Counted from the whole stretch's first letter, positions 12,233 to 25,259 are shown. The stretch: DNA of 62,006 nt, filler included, from 8 parts of 8 records of this genome joined end to end with filler, not necessarily neighbours in it, one strand, 5' to 3'. A program made the numbers and translations. Notes: generated by a model not told the origin, from the letters alone.

Positions 12233-13608
12233 ATGCTGGCCCACCCACCTTCGCTGGTGTGGCTGCTCGCCGCGCTCGGGCTCTGCTGCGGCTACGTGGC
12301 CCTCTGCTGGGACAACAGCCCGGCCAAACCGCGGACGATCCGCGCGGCGCGCCTGTTCGGGTTGGCGCTGCTGCTGCTTGCCGCGCTGTCCCTGGGCGGG
12401 AGCTGGGCATGGCACCGGCGGCAGCTGATACAGGAGCAATGGCAGCTGGCCCGGGCGGTCCCGGAGCTGCTCTCGCAGCTAGACGCCGGCGGGCTTACCG
12501 CCCCGGCTGGCATCTGCCGGGGACAGGCCGGTCTGGGCACGCGGGTCAAGCGGAGGTCACGGGAAGACAGGCGGGCCATTCTGGCAACGCTTACCGACCG
12601 GGTGGCGGTCAAGGAGTTTGCGGCTCTCCGCGGAGTGACGAGCCCGGCGGCGCTGCAGGTTGCGGAGAGCTGCGGATTGTGGGATCGCGGGAGCCAGGCG
12701 TGGGTGCGAGGGAGCTATGTACTGAAAGCTGCTCACCTGTCTGGATGCGTGGTGGTGGTGACCAACGGCAAAGTGGTCAACGACCCAGTCACTCGTGGCA
12801 GCGGCGGGTGCGCCATCGCCAAAGGCGCGGACTGGTGTGCTTGCCGGGGGGCTCATTGTGGGCCGCAGGCACCATGATGACGATCGGACACGTGCAGAGC
12901 TTCTGCCGGGCGGTTACTAGTTTCACACCCAACATGATGGAGGAGATTGCGGCCCGAGCGCTAGGCGGATTAGGTCTGCCAGAGCCATTCAAGAGCCGTC
13001 AGTGGGCGTACGGTGTGCTGTCCCGGGTGCTTGCGTTGATTCAGGGCAGGTATGGTGGCGCCGCGGATGCTCGTAGAGGCCCAGTTGCCGGCACACGCCA
13101 GGTGCGCTGTGCACTGGTCTGGGGTCGCGATCAGAGGGCAGTTGCGACTACAAGTGTTTCACGTTCAGAGGCAAAACAGCCGCTGTGCTCGAAGTATGCA
13201 ACAGATTCAGCTCGAGCAAGACAGATACCTTTTACGATAGGCACGGCCAGAGCATGAACGCCAGCTTCTCGTGGTCGCGCCACGATGCGTCCCAGCCACG
13301 GCTCGGCAGTAGGCTGGTGGAGCAGGTGCGGATGACGACAAGTGTCTTATTAACTGATTGGTAAGGTGGTCGGGGCTTGCGACAAGCTGGCGGCCGGGCT
13401 GGACCATGCGAGAGTTGATCTGTTTTACGATGGGGTCGCGGATCAAGTCTATCTTGGCGAGATGACTATGTACCATCTAGGAGGCGAGAGCGACAGCAGT
13501 GCGTGCCAACGGGGGCGGCTGGCTGATTGGATGGCAGGCACCTACACGCCGGCATCACTCGATGGGTGGTTTGGCGACTTGTGGTGTCGGGACATGCCCG
13601 TGCACTAG
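12233..13608 (+). CDS. Membrane-anchored TupA-like ATP-grasp protein, 4 introns
   Basis: Spliced motifs DRVAVKEF, YVLKAAHLSG, QWAYGMVAPRMLVE, DYKCFTFRGK, HARVDLFY, VYLGEMT; two N-terminal hydrophobic helices. Confidence 0.8.
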
Positions 13609-13692
13609 CTGGTGCTTTAGTAAACAATTATTTATGAGTTTAATTAAGTCCAAATTTGTCCTTTACTCGTACGTACAAGGGCACAGAACGCA

Positions 13693-14339
13693 TCAAGATT
13701 TGGCGGCTCGGCGCAGCTGCAAGTCCATCTGCAGCTCGAACCACGGGTCCCGTCCATGCACCACCGCCGACAGCCCGACCAGCATGAACCCGCACTGCTT
13801 GTAAAACCCAACCAAATACTTCTTAGCGATCAGCGCTATCCTGACAATCCGGATCGGGCTTTCCCCCTCATCCACCAGCCGCTCACAATATGCCGTGAGC
13901 ATCGCGCTGGCCAACCCCTTGCGCCGATGCGGCTCGGCCACCACCACCGAGTGGATGCATAGCGTTTCGCCCGCCGGGTCGTGAGCTGACATTGTTTCCT
14001 CCCGCAGCTCGTCGCCAGCACAGCAAGTCCCGACCACGAATCCTACCAGCTCGCCCGTGCCGCGCGCGAACGCCCCGTAAAAATACTCCGGGGCCACCCG
14101 CTGCCGGAAGGTCAGCCCGGCCAGATCTGCGGCCTCGTCGGCTGGGTAGGAAGCGGCCTCGAGCGCGAAGGCTGCGGGCACTTCCTCCGGGGCTAGCGGC
14201 CTGCACGAACTGAGCGGCAGGGAGGGGGGGCTTGCCGGCACCGCAGGTCGAAGGCGGGGTAGGAGCGGGGGGCCTGCCGCCGGACTGCCCGGAGCACCAC
14301 AGCACCGACCGCACCGAGCCCGAGCGCCGGTAAAATCAT
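13693..14339 (-). CDS. AANAT/PAA1-like GNAT acetyltransferase, one intron
   Basis: FDLR|PLAPEEV..EAASYPADEAA; TLCIHSVVVAEPHRRKGLA; LVGFYKQCGF. Confidence 0.88.
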
Positions 14340-14419
14340 CGCCCCAAGACGCCCACAGCTCGATTGCCGTTGTAAAAACTCCTTGTGCGCTGAGAAGCCA
14401 CAAGCCACTGCCACAAGAC

Positions 14420-15357
14420 ATGCTGGCCCTCAAGCTCGTCGGTTTTCTGCTGATCGCCGGGGCCGCCGCCCAGTCGGTCAAGAGCTGCGGCAAACCGGGC
14501 GACGTCCTCTCGTGCCTCCTCCCCCGGGGTGCGCGATGACTCGGCGGCCAGGAATGCCACCTTCTCAGTTTCGCCCGACCCGATCCAGAAAGGCTCCCCG
14601 CTCACGATTACTGTCAGCGGCAACCTTGGTGCCGCGGTGACCGCCGGCACGCTCAACGTGGACCTGAGCATCAAGGCGCTCGGGATCATCAACGAGCCGA
14701 TCAAGAAGACAATCCCCTTCACGCTGGCCCCAGGACTCCTGGCCGGAGCCACCAAGGTCCGCCCGGCCCCCGCGGTTGGGCCGAGCGGGAGGGCAGGCCG
14801 TGATTGGGCCCTTCACCCCGCCGACCGTCCCGGGTTCGTTGGAAGTGAGCGGCACCGTGACTGGGACCGACTCTTCTGGCAAGGAGGTCTTCTGCGTAGC
14901 TCTGGACATCAACGTTGGGGCCGCCGAGGAGAATCCGATGGCGCAAGTGATCCCGATGCAGTCGACCGATGCCCCGGTGGTCACCAACTGTGGCACCGCG
15001 GCCGACCATCTCAAGAATGTCTCCACCTCCTCGTCGGGCGGTGTCGGGTCGCTCACGGGCACTCTCGATGAGTCGATCAGTTCTGGCTCTGTCCCCGTCG
15101 ACCTCACTGTCAAGGTGCTGTTCATCTCGATCCCAATCAAGATGACCGTCCCATTCACCATCTCCCCCGCAGTCCCAGCCGGCCCGATCAAGGCCACCGC
15201 TGGCCCTGTAAGCAGCATCTCGAGCATGGCGGCCTACTGGCTCAACAGATGGGCGCCAGCTGTGCAGTCTGGAATCTCGGTCAAGATCAACGGGGACGTC
15301 AAGGTGGACGACGGGCAGGGCCAGGAGGTGGCCTGCGTATCGATCAGCACCCCATGA
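14420..15357 (+). CDS. Secreted protein with two tandem ML (NPC2-like lipid-binding) domains
   Basis: Signal peptide; SCG..., VSPDPIQKGSPLTITVSG, GKEVFCV; second unit TNCG...GQEVACV; tiny introns. Confidence 0.8.
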
Positions 15358-15586
15358 GCCTGGCGGACACGACGAGAACGGGACCCGACGTGACCCGACG
15401 AGTACGTACTAGGAATTGTTATGAGTAACGACTGAACCCATTCATATAAGAGGCAATGACTACAATAAATACTCATTCGTTGGCAATGTCTACTTCGGTG
15501 GTCTATTCCTCGATGGCAACCCTAAAAGAGCGTAAGCCTTGGCTTGGCGCCTCGATAGATCTACCGGATCAGCATTAGCGCCAGCC

Positions 15587-16028
15587 TCAGATGACCACAT
15601 TGCCCATATTCTTCTTCTTGCGCTTCTCCGCCGCCTGCCCCCGATCGCCCTACCCTCTCGCCGCCCGCACCTGCGCCCTGCGGTGCTCCTTGAGCTTAGC
15701 CATGAACTCAGGCTGCTGGTCCAGCGCCTTCTCAATCTTCAACAACCGCTCCGGCTTCATCCGATCCGCCTTCCGCCCCTTCGGCGGCTTGGGCGGCGCT
15801 GACGGCTTCTGCGGCCGGGCCTCAGCCAGCGCTGCCCCCGGGTGACCCCCCCCCGTGCGTCTGGGCCGGACCTGCGTCCAGTGCCTCCCCGCCGCCCGCC
15901 CGGCGGATCCGGGCGAGCATGAGCGCCGAGAACTCGGGCTTGCGCCACTTGCCGTGCGGCTTGGTGGGCAGCAGCGCGCCGGGCAGCTTGCTCACCGCCC
16001 GGGCCAGCCACTCCGCCCGCCCGGCCAT
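15587..16028 (-). CDS. Mitochondrial ribosomal protein mL59 (MRPL25-like), 2 introns
   Basis: GKWRKPEFSALMLARIRR, then PKGRKADRMKPERLLKIEKALDQQPEFMAKLK after splicing. Confidence 0.7.
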
Positions 16029-16098
16029 TGCCAACCTCTCCCCTGCCGTGGGGCCAGCGCCCGATTGGCGACGGATTGCAACGGAAAATTGTGAGAGC

Positions 16099-16254
16099 AT
16101 GGCTGAGGAGAAGAGTCCGGGACTGCTGGAGCGGCTCGGGCTCAGCCGGCCGGCCGCGCAGCCTGAGGACCCAAACTACGCGCTGGCCGACGCCGTGCCG
16201 CCAGAGTACCTGCCGCCGCCTCAGTACGTCACCGAGGAGCGGCCGCACGAATAA
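16099..16254 (+). CDS. 51-aa microprotein with two PPxY motifs
   Basis: MAEEKS...VPPEYLPPPQY...HE*; strong GC3 bias; AACGG at 16080-16084. Confidence 0.55.
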   Translation: MAEEKSPGLLERLGLSRPAAQPEDPNYALADAVPPEYLPPPQYVTEERPHE

Positions 16255-16281
16255 GCACAATGAACACGCTTTAAATCGATC

Positions 16282-16381
16282 NNNNNNNNNNNNNNNNNNN
16301 NNNNNNNNNNNNNNNNNNNNNNNNNTTAATTAATTAANNNNNNNNNNNNNNNNNNNNNNNNNNNNNNNNNNNNNNNNNNNN
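16282..16381. other. Artificial contig linker
   Basis: N/TTAATTAATTAA/N. Confidence 0.98.
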
Positions 16382-16434
16382 GTAAGCGACTTTAATTTAG
16401 CGGACACGGCTAATCGCTACAAGTGCGCATCTAG

Positions 16435-18311
16435 CTAGGCCAATTTCCCGTCCTCGCCGTCGGCCGCCTCCATCATCATCGGCGAACACTGGCAAAGCTC
16501 TTGCTCGCCAACGGCTGCCACAGGACCACTGGGCGCATCCGTTTCTGCCGGTTGCGTTACATTCCCAGCCGCTGGCTTGGCCTCGGTAGGCTCAGCTGCC
16601 TCCACTGACTTAGTCTCACCGGCTGGCGTGTCCTCCTTGTCCTCGACATTAGCCTGCCCTCCCCCCGCTGACCGCTGGATCGTATCCACATCCTCGGTGC
16701 CCGCCACGCGGCCGGGCTGACGCGGCGGGAAGTCGGGCTCGTCCATCCTGCGCCAGAGCTGGTTGCAGGCTTCTAGCCACTCAACACCAACTAACGGCAC
16801 AGAGTGTTGACTCGCCCACTTCATCTTATCAGTCCGATGCTTCCCTCGGAGCACGCACACCACGTGCGTCACCTGGAACAAATCAGCCCGAAACGCCCCG
16901 GTCACGCACCCCCGGTTCGCACTTTTGGAGCACCTGAGCTCCCAGCGCTTCTGCCACGCGCCATGCGCGGCACTGCTCAGCAGGCCGCTTCATCTTGCTA
17001 TCCACCACGCCCGAGAACAGAATCTTAACACCGCCCAGCACCTGCCGCGGCTCGGCGTGCACTCGGCCCGCGGCCACCTGCTTTCGCCTCGCGCTGAGCA
17101 GTTCGCGCACATCGTGCGTTGAGCCTTCCGCGAAGAACGCCTTGTGCAGCTGCAGCAGCTGGGCCAGAATCGACGCAAGCACGCCTGCAGCCAACCTCCG
17201 CCTCCGGGGCAGCCAGCCCGGCGCACCTCGCTGCGGGTCCTCGTCTCCAACAGTCATGTGTGCGACCGAGCCCGGGAGCCCAAACGAGACCGCACTCGTG
17301 GAGAAGTAATGATATCGGCTGACCGAGATGAGGTTTGGCTTATGGTTTGGCCATACGGTCTCGGAATCGTCCAGGATCAGCAGCGTCTTCTCGTCCGCCA
17401 GCAGATTCTCCAGGCTCTTAGTCTTGGCCTGCATCTCGTCCCGGGATATAACCCTCGACCCAAACAGCTCGCCCTCCTGACACCGGCTCAACCGAGCCAC
17501 TCGCCCTCCCGACACCGGATCCAGAAGGTGAGCCATCATCTTGGCGTAGCCCCGGTTGCCCATCGTGCAGATGTGCAGCTGAAATTTGGCCGAGACCTGC
17601 GCTGCATCAGGCCCGGCCACCGGTGTTGGGTGCCTGGTCCAGAAATTCCCTAATATACGGCCGTAGCTTTGTCCACATCCCTATTGCAGGGATGTGCCAC
17701 AGCGTGGCCGCGCACGTGTGCTGCCCCTGCGGGCACTCTGCATGCTCGGCGGCCAGGCAGGCGTTGAGCTGCCCGACTTCCTGTGGATTGAGCCCCGCCG
17801 CGTTGCAGCTATTAAGCAGCGTGTGGTCCAGGTCCAAAACCAACGATAGCTTGCGTCGATCGAGCAGCCGCTTCACCTCGTCCGCGCTGTACTGGTCCAC
17901 GTACGCGCTGTTAAACCGTATCGCTCCGTGCATCGCCGGCACCACCGTGTATTTGCCCCCCGCGGCCGCTCCGTCCGCCGGTTTCCCCCCGTCTGCCAGC
18001 TTGGTCGGGTCGCATCCGGGGTCTGGGAACGTGCCCTCCCGGTAGGCGCACACCGCACACATCCCAAACACAAAGTACGGGTGGGCCGGGCCGGCCGACG
18101 CTACCGGCTCCGGGCGCCGGGCGCGTTTGGGCGGCGGCGGGCGCTCCTCGGGGCCTTGGGCGGCCAGCGGCTCGGCGGGGAGGGCCGGGGCGGGCGGCTG
18201 GTCGTCGTCCATCTCCATCTCCATCTCGAGCGCCGAGGCCAGGTCGTCCGAGCCCAGGGAGGAGTCCGACGCGCTGCCGAGCTCCTCCTCGCACTCGGAT
18301 GTGTCGGCCAT
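16435..18311 (-). CDS. FCP1/CPL-type RNA polymerase II CTD phosphatase with BRCT domain(s)
   Basis: KLSLVLDLDHTLLNS, TKLRPYIREFL, TMGNRGYA, LILDDSETVW; BRCT-like THVVC...VGVEWLEAC. Confidence 0.92.
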
Positions 18312-18756
18312 TTTGTGTTTTGTGCTCGGATTTGTGGAATCGACCTTGGTCCCACAATTTTGTTTTATGGGAAGTGGTATACTCCCACTCTCCGCGTGTG
18401 ACGAGCCTGATTAATGAAATCCGGCTCACTTGGCGAGGGCACGATTATGATGCGTGTGTTCGAATGCTTGAGACCGTAAGACCGATGCGCCCGTCTCTTT
18501 GAGGGCTTGGCGTTCCAATGCTGGGTCCTCTCCCCGATTGGCCTACATCCTTGAACGAAGAAATAGCAATTAATCGAGACGATCGGGAAAACGATGAAGT
18601 CGAACAATTTACAACTGTTAATACGAGTACTATCGAACTACTCTAAGCTCACCATACTCATTATTTATGGTGAATTGTACTCGCGAAAGTCCGAAGCTTG
18701 CATGCATGTTTGTATGCTATTTGTATGCAAGCCCCGTGGTCGCTCGATCAGCATTG

Positions 18757-19482
18757 TTATAACTCCATCCTAGTCTTGCGTGTCCGGCTATACCAAACAC
18801 AAAGCGCGAACCGCTCCCCCGACGCGACAGGCCGCACCTGGTGCAAGTTATCAAACCCCGACTCAAATGCCAACATGAGCCCGGGCTCCGGCTCCACCAG
18901 CACGTCCTGCTCCGGATCGTTGAACGCGAACCGGCCGCCTTCAAACTCGGGCGGTCCATTCAAGTAGAGCAGCGCTGACACGTCATACTCGGGCTGGTTG
19001 GCCTTATCCACGTGCAGCGCGTAGGTCCCGTCCAGCCAGTGCGCGTGGCTGTCGAACTCGAAGCTCTGGCTGTCGTCCACCGGTTCGGCCCGGCCTGATA
19101 TCCAGCTGATCAGATAATTAACCGGGTGCACAGCTCCGTAGCAATCAAACACCCGCCTGTGCAGCCGCTGGTGCAACCGCTCCACCAAACCAAACCCAGC
19201 CGGGCCCAGCAGCCGGCGGGCCTCGGGCACGTCCGGCGGGAACAGCCGCCCGTCGCCCCCGTCGGTGTCACAGCAGAGCTGCATGGCCTTGTGCGCTGCG
19301 GCTACCGCCCGGGCACATTCCGCAGGACTGGCGACGCCCTGCCACAGCCTGCGGCCGCCCTCCGGATTGAGACTCCGGCTGGTGCAGAGCGCGGTGGGCC
19401 GGTTGTTGGGAAGCCGGGCGATCTTCTCGAACTGCTGCTGCTGCAGCCTGGAGGCCAGACTGCTGCAGTGGCGCCGCATCAT
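18757..19482 (-). CDS. 2OG-Fe(II) oxygenase (prolyl-hydroxylase/OGFOD3-like)
   Basis: HVD...SALLYLN..FEGG...NLHQVRPVASGERFAL; first ATG 19482; AACGG at 19528. Confidence 0.88.
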   Translation of the reverse strand: MMRRHCSSLASRLQQQQFEKIARLPNNRPTALCTSRSLNPEGGRRLWQGVASPAECARAVAAAHKAMQLCCDTDGGDGRLFPPDVPEARRLLGPAGFGLVERLHQRLHRRVFDCYGAVHPVNYLISWISGRAEPVDDSQSFEFDSHAHWLDGTYALHVDKANQPEYDVSALLYLNGPPEFEGGRFAFNDPEQDVLVEPEPGLMLAFESGFDNLHQVRPVASGERFALCVWYSRTRKTRMEL

Positions 19483-19655
19483 CCGGCGGTGAAGGAGGCG
19501 GCCGTCAGTGCGGCGAAGAGCAGCAGTAACGGCAAGGCGGCGGCTGGCAACGGGGCGGCCAAGGACGGCGGGGCCGAAGGAAGGAGGTGGTGCTCGGAGG
19601 GCGGCCAACGGACTCGCAACCGCTCCACCACACTCCGTCTACCAGTGATCGCGAG

Positions 19656-21269
19656 ATGGCACCGATCGCGCTGAGGGGCGACGAGCAGGAGGAAGACGAC
19701 GAGTTCGACGAGGATGAGCTGCTGCCGGAGCCGCCGCCGCCGGTTGAGTGGCTGGGTCACCCGCCGGGGCTGGTGGTGCTGTTCACTGCAGAGATGTGGG
19801 AGCGGATGAGCTACTATGGGATGCGGGCGCTGCTGGTGCTCTACCTGAACGACGTGCTGCTCCAGCCGGAGACGATTGGCTCGGTGTACGGGCTCGGGCT
19901 GTTCGCCGGGCCTCATGGGATGTACGGGGACCCAGGGGACGACCCGGCAAAGCGGCAGGCGATTTCGAGCAAGCTTTACGGGTTGTACACTGGTCTGGTT
20001 TACCTGACCCCGCTGGGCGGCGGGCTGCTGGCCGACCGGGGGCTCGGCCAGCGGCGGGCAGTGCTGATCGGTGGTGGGCTGATGGCGTTCGGGCATGTGG
20101 CCATGGCATTCACCGAATGGTTCATGGTGGCCCTGGGGCTGCTGATCGCCGGGAATGGGCTGTTCAAGCCCAACATCAGCACCCAGGTGGGCCGGCTGTA
20201 CGAGGAGGGCGATCCGCGCAGGGACCAGGCCTTTTCGATCTTCTACGCCGGGATCAACCTCGGTGCCATGCTCTCCCCGCTGGTCTGCGGCACACTCGGC
20301 GAGCAAGTGGGGTATGAGGCCGGCTTCGCCGCAGCCGGAGTCGGGATGTGCATAGGGCTTGCCGTGTTCTGCGCTGGTCAGCGCTGGCTTCCTCCCGAGA
20401 AGGACGCTCAGGAGCAAAATTCTGAAGAGCCACCGGTTGGCATGTGCGCGACTCTTTCTGCCCACAAGCCGCAGGTGGGCGCAATCCTGATCGTGAGCCT
20501 GTTTGCGATCATGTTTTGGGCGGTGTATGAGCAGCAAGGCAACACGATTCAGCTGTTCGCGTCACAGCAAACCGACATGATGCTGCTGCCAGGGATCAAA
20601 CTCCCGGCTACTTGGATTCAGTCGCTCAACCCTCTGTTCATTCTCATTCTCATCCCGCTCATCTCCAAGTTCTGGGGATGGCAGGCCGAGCGCGGCACGG
20701 AGCCGAGTTCGGTCGCCAAAATGGCCATAGGCTCAGTGGTCAGTGCGAGTTCATACCTGTTCCTAGTGGTTGCAGCCAGCTTGGCTGGATCCGGTCGGTG
20801 TAGCATGTGGTGGCTCGTACTGGCCATTCTGGTGCTCACTCTCGGAGAAATATACGCCTCGCCTGTAGGGCTCAGCTTTGTGAGCCAGGCCTCCCCGCCT
20901 GGCGTGGCCTCGTTCCTAATGGGCGGCTGGTTCCTGTGTACCGGAGTGGGCGGATACATGGCAGGCGAGATAGGGGCTCTGTACAGCGCCATGTCAAAGG
21001 CCAGCTTTTTCTTGCTCGTGGCCATTATTGGCTGCGTCAACGGTACGCTTTTGGCGCTTGCAGTTGGCAGAATCAACAGATTGCTCGACTCTGGATCTCA
21101 CGATGCACACGATGGTGCTCAGCACACGCACTCGGCGCTCGACGACTTTGGCACAGTGATAGAGCTAGTGTCCGACGAGTCTAATGGCTCACGCCGGAAC
21201 ACCCCCCGAAATAGCCCTGCAACCAAGACCGATTCTATGTCATTTCCCGGACCGCAATTTAGTCTCTGA
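19656..21269 (+). CDS. POT/PTR proton-dependent oligopeptide transporter, intronless
   Basis: EMWERMSYYGMR (ExxER), GNGLFKPNIS, FYAGINLG, EQQG, QSLNP. Confidence 0.95.
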   Translation: MAPIALRGDEQEEDDEFDEDELLPEPPPPVEWLGHPPGLVVLFTAEMWERMSYYGMRALLVLYLNDVLLQPETIGSVYGLGLFAGPHGMYGDPGDDPAKRQAISSKLYGLYTGLVYLTPLGGGLLADRGLGQRRAVLIGGGLMAFGHVAMAFTEWFMVALGLLIAGNGLFKPNISTQVGRLYEEGDPRRDQAFSIFYAGINLGAMLSPLVCGTLGEQVGYEAGFAAAGVGMCIGLAVFCAGQRWLPPEKDAQEQNSEEPPVGMCATLSAHKPQVGAILIVSLFAIMFWAVYEQQGNTIQLFASQQTDMMLLPGIKLPATWIQSLNPLFILILIPLISKFWGWQAERGTEPSSVAKMAIGSVVSASSYLFLVVAASLAGSGRCSMWWLVLAILVLTLGEIYASPVGLSFVSQASPPGVASFLMGGWFLCTGVGGYMAGEIGALYSAMSKASFFLLVAIIGCVNGTLLALAVGRINRLLDSGSHDAHDGAQHTHSALDDFGTVIELVSDESNGSRRNTPRNSPATKTDSMSFPGPQFSL

Positions 21270-21400
21270 TTAAAAGCTTTGAAGAATTCATTGAAAAGCA
21301 TGTTACTTGATAGTACATGATTGTGTAACGTATTCCACAAACAAAACTATTACACTGTATCGGTTATTGATGCATGCTGTCAGGTGAGGCTATCCTCTTA

Positions 21401-24400
21401 TTATCCCGCGATTGCGTCTCCAAACAGTTGGTTCACGTCCTCGAGCGTGAGCTGCTCACCCCCACCTTTCTTGGCCGGAGAGTCGGTCACAACCTGCAAG
21501 CACGTCAACATCCTCAAAATTGAACGACACCTCGGCTCCAGGCTTGTGCAAACTCTGTATCCGCTCTTCGATTGTGTCCGTCACCACAAACCTCACAACC
21601 TCTGTAGGCTTTAATTGGCCAATCCTGCGTCCATCAATTTCAGCGAGCTTGGCGTAGCTTTTATGTTGTACAACCTGTGGACTCTGTTGATTGCCTGAAG
21701 CTCGAGTCCGACATCCAGCATTGGTTCGACTAGGATCACCTGTGGCATGACATATACTCAGCCGACAAGAAGTTGGGTGTACACAACGACTCACCCGGGT
21801 AGCCTCTATCAAATTTAGTCCGTTGCCTCCAAAGCGCACGGGGAGCAGCAGCGCCTTGATTTCTGGATCGTTTCGAAACCGCTCCAGCCGCTCCGCAAAT
21901 TTATGTCGCCCAGTAAGCATCACATGCCCAACTGCGGCTTGGCTGCACGCCCGCGACACAAGCTCAAGCATGTCTCCAAACTGAGAGAAGACCAGGGTCT
22001 TGCTGTGCTGCGAATCTAGCAGGGCTGACATCACTGCCGAAATCTTGGTGCTCAGTTGGCCTCGGTCGCAGAGTGGCGCAACGTTGGCAGAGACTCTGGT
22101 CATCTCAACTACCCGCGATCCTTGTCTACAAGTGGGGCACTGCAGTGAGTGAGCCCTGGGGGGAAGTTTGCGTATCAGCTGATCTGTGCAGCTTGGGCAG
22201 AGCGAGTGGCCGCATTCTGGGAGGAGCACTCTCTCATCCCGCCTGCCACACAATCAATACCGAGCACAAGTGAAGCAGCACATGGGGTCCTGACAGACGG
22301 GACAGAGCTCGTTGGAAGCCTGCCGCGAGTCCTTGAGGCAATGAAGATAGCGCAAGCGGCCTTGAGTCCGGCGGCGTTTTGTTGTCGCGTCTTCTTGCTC
22401 CATCTGCGTTCCCAGTGAGAAAATGGGCCACCAATAACTGGCTAAAGAGAATGGAGCCGTGCCTGCAGCTCCACTTTACGGGTATCCAATCCAAACCGGT
22501 GGATCTTGTACAACTGTTCGTGGTCTGCAATCGGCTGGTCGTTCGGAATGACCTAATCAGCCATGCAATGAATCAGTACAGAACAATACCACAATAATGG
22601 TCACCTCTAGCCGCATCTTGGCCTGCACCAGCTCGTCCCTGATCGAGATGTGATCCCGCAGGGCACGCCAGAGCATGTTGAGTCCCATGGCCTCCTTTTT
22701 GCACATTTCGTACTGTTCCAGAAATCCTTTGGCTCGAGCGGACAGATCAGGCTCCCCTCGGAGGCCGCGTGCCAACAGACGCAACACACGCACGGCCTCG
22801 CAGTCTTTGCGGCCTTTTACTTCCGAGGTGGCGTCAAAGACCGATGACTGGCCGGCTTCCTGCGGCAGCTCACCGGATTTGACTTGTCGCTTCTCCCATA
22901 GCTCCTTGACCTGTTGACACAATTCGTGAATCCCAACCTGCAGGGGCTCGTGCTCACCTGGAACACCTGTTGCCAATATTGCCAGATCACCTCTTGAGCA
23001 AGGCAGTACACGCACTCTGGTCCCGACCCAAATTGCCGGCATCGAGCACACGACACTGCAGCCACCACCTGGGACGGAGTGGGGTCTCGTGGCAGCTGGC
23101 TGATCGCTTGAACTGCTGCCGAGCGCGTGCTGCGGATGCGGTCGAGCGATGTAGTGAGCGTGAAGCAGAGTGCGGGCACCTGCACTCAGCAGATGTTGGG
23201 GAATACACCAGCGCAGACAGACCTGGCCATCGATTTGCCACAATATTGAGTCCCAGCTCTGACGGCTGAGCTGTCCACGCACCTGTCCGCGGATGTGTGG
23301 GCTACGTGGGCTAGAGCCCGATGGCGACCTGTGACGAGCCCTGCAGCAATTCATTCGATATTCGCTCGAACATGTCGTCCGTATTCCCATTGGCTACAAA
23401 CTTATCGATCGCATCCAGCCACCACGCATCCTCCAGGCTCTCTGAGCTAAGCCGCCGCTGCAGCTCGCCTGTCAATCCAATGTTCAAGACGTTCTAGATC
23501 CGTTAGCTAGCCACAACCTAGCCGAGCAAAGCTTACCAAGCGCCCGCTCGCCTCTCGACACCGTAGCGGCAGCAGCTGACTCATACTCGTCTTGAATGGA
23601 CTTGGCAATGTGTGATAATCCTGTCTCCAGACTAGGATTGAGCTGAATCAGATGTGTCGCGGCGTGCAGCTGTAAAAACGGATCCACGCGCGGCGGCAAT
23701 ATATCAAGTGGGTCGGTGGGCGTCAGTTGGCAACCTATGGCATCGCAGTCAGGCCATTCGCCGCAGCCCTTCCAGCCCTGCTTCTTCTGTATCAGCTTAT
23801 CTGCGTGTGCCCTGGCAACCTCGGCCTTCTTCTTGGCCTCCACGGTATCGAAGTGGCCTGCCTGCTGCTCGGCCTGCTCTGCAGCCTCGACAGCGCGCTT
23901 CACTGCCGCTGACCATTGCAAATGGCCCATGCGAGCCATCCGAAGCACTGTAGCATAGAGCTCAGCGGCTGTGCCAGGGTCCTCTTGGATAGTTGCAATC
24001 GCGGCTAGCCCATTTGCGGCACTCACGGCCACTCGCATGTTATCCTCATCTTGAGTGACTGCCTTGGTGATGAGCTCATCCAACAGCTCGCCCATCGTCA
24101 TCGTTGTCGATCTCAAAGAGCGCACCGCGTGCGAGCCTACCTGCGGGTGACAGCAAGCCTGCCGCAGTCTGAGCATTGACGCAAGGAATGACTTGGCATT
24201 GCGGGCATTCAGCACAGTGCTCGCTGGCTCATCGCCATGCATTGCGAGCAACTTCCGCGCTGCATTGGCGCATTCTTGCATCTGGATCTTGTAAAACTCG
24301 CGCTCGATGTGGGATAAGGTGAGTTTGACCGTTTTGGCGGTTTGGGGCGGCAGCCCAAGCTCGGCTGCCACCTGGCTCTTGGTGCTGCGCCACATCACCT

Positions 24401-25259
24401 CGCCAATGACTGCCTTGAGCATCGCGCAAGCCGCCGGTCCGCCAGGCGAGATGGCCGACCGCCACACGTTCTTGTCGGCCCACGGCTGGACCCCGAGAAA
24501 GAGCAGAAGCCCATAGAGCTCGTCAACGCCTGTGCTGAGCGGGGTGCCGGTGACACACCAGCGGAAATCCGCAGACAGGCGGAGTGCCATCTCTGCGGCG
24601 GCTGTGGTGGACGATTCGACCATTTGGGCTTCATCCAGAATCACTCGGCGCCACTGTATCCTGGTGAGAGGCGAGAGGTGCGACCGGTAGCGTTTTCGCT
24701 TCCTGAGGCTCTTTTCAGCAGGTTTGTCATGATCCAGATCAGCACGGAGCGTGTCGTAGGTTGTGATGACCATTGTGGCAGTGGCGAGCTCGCTCCGTGC
24801 TACTGGGTCCACCCGGCATCCTGCGGGGGCACGCATTCAATCATGCAGTCTAGCAATCTGGCAGACCTTGATAGGTGAAAACGTTAGTGCTTGGTGCATG
24901 CTTTTGAATCTCTTGTACCCACTGGGCGGCTATGGAGGGTGGGCACACCACCAGTGTGCTGCAGCTAGGCAGCAGTGGCTCACAGCGAGCACAAAGATGA
25001 GGAAGCTCTTCGCTGACACGGCCCACACACTCAGAATGCTGTGTCCCACCCACTCAGCGGTTCCCGCAATAATCTGCATACAAACCTGCCAGAAGCCACA
25101 CTGCGCACATTGGATCCAATCGCCCTGATGGTCCACCTCCAGGAAATCGCCACACTCGCACCAAGTCGAGTCCACATCCTGCCATTCAGTCACGCCAGCC
25201 GCAGGCCCCGCGCACACCTGATTCTGAGGCCCAGGAAACAGGTGAGGCTCGGCCAGCTT
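21401..25259 (-). CDS. SHPRH: SHPRH-like SNF2 helicase/PHD/RING E3 ligase; 5' end cut by the contig
   Basis: PHD-like Cys/His cluster, TLVVCPPSIAAQW, ILDEAQMVES, WCVTGTP, RLRQACCHPQ, RING CGHSLC..CPTCR, GLNLIEA, RIGQ; spliced end LTLEDVNQLFGDAIAG*. Confidence 0.9.
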
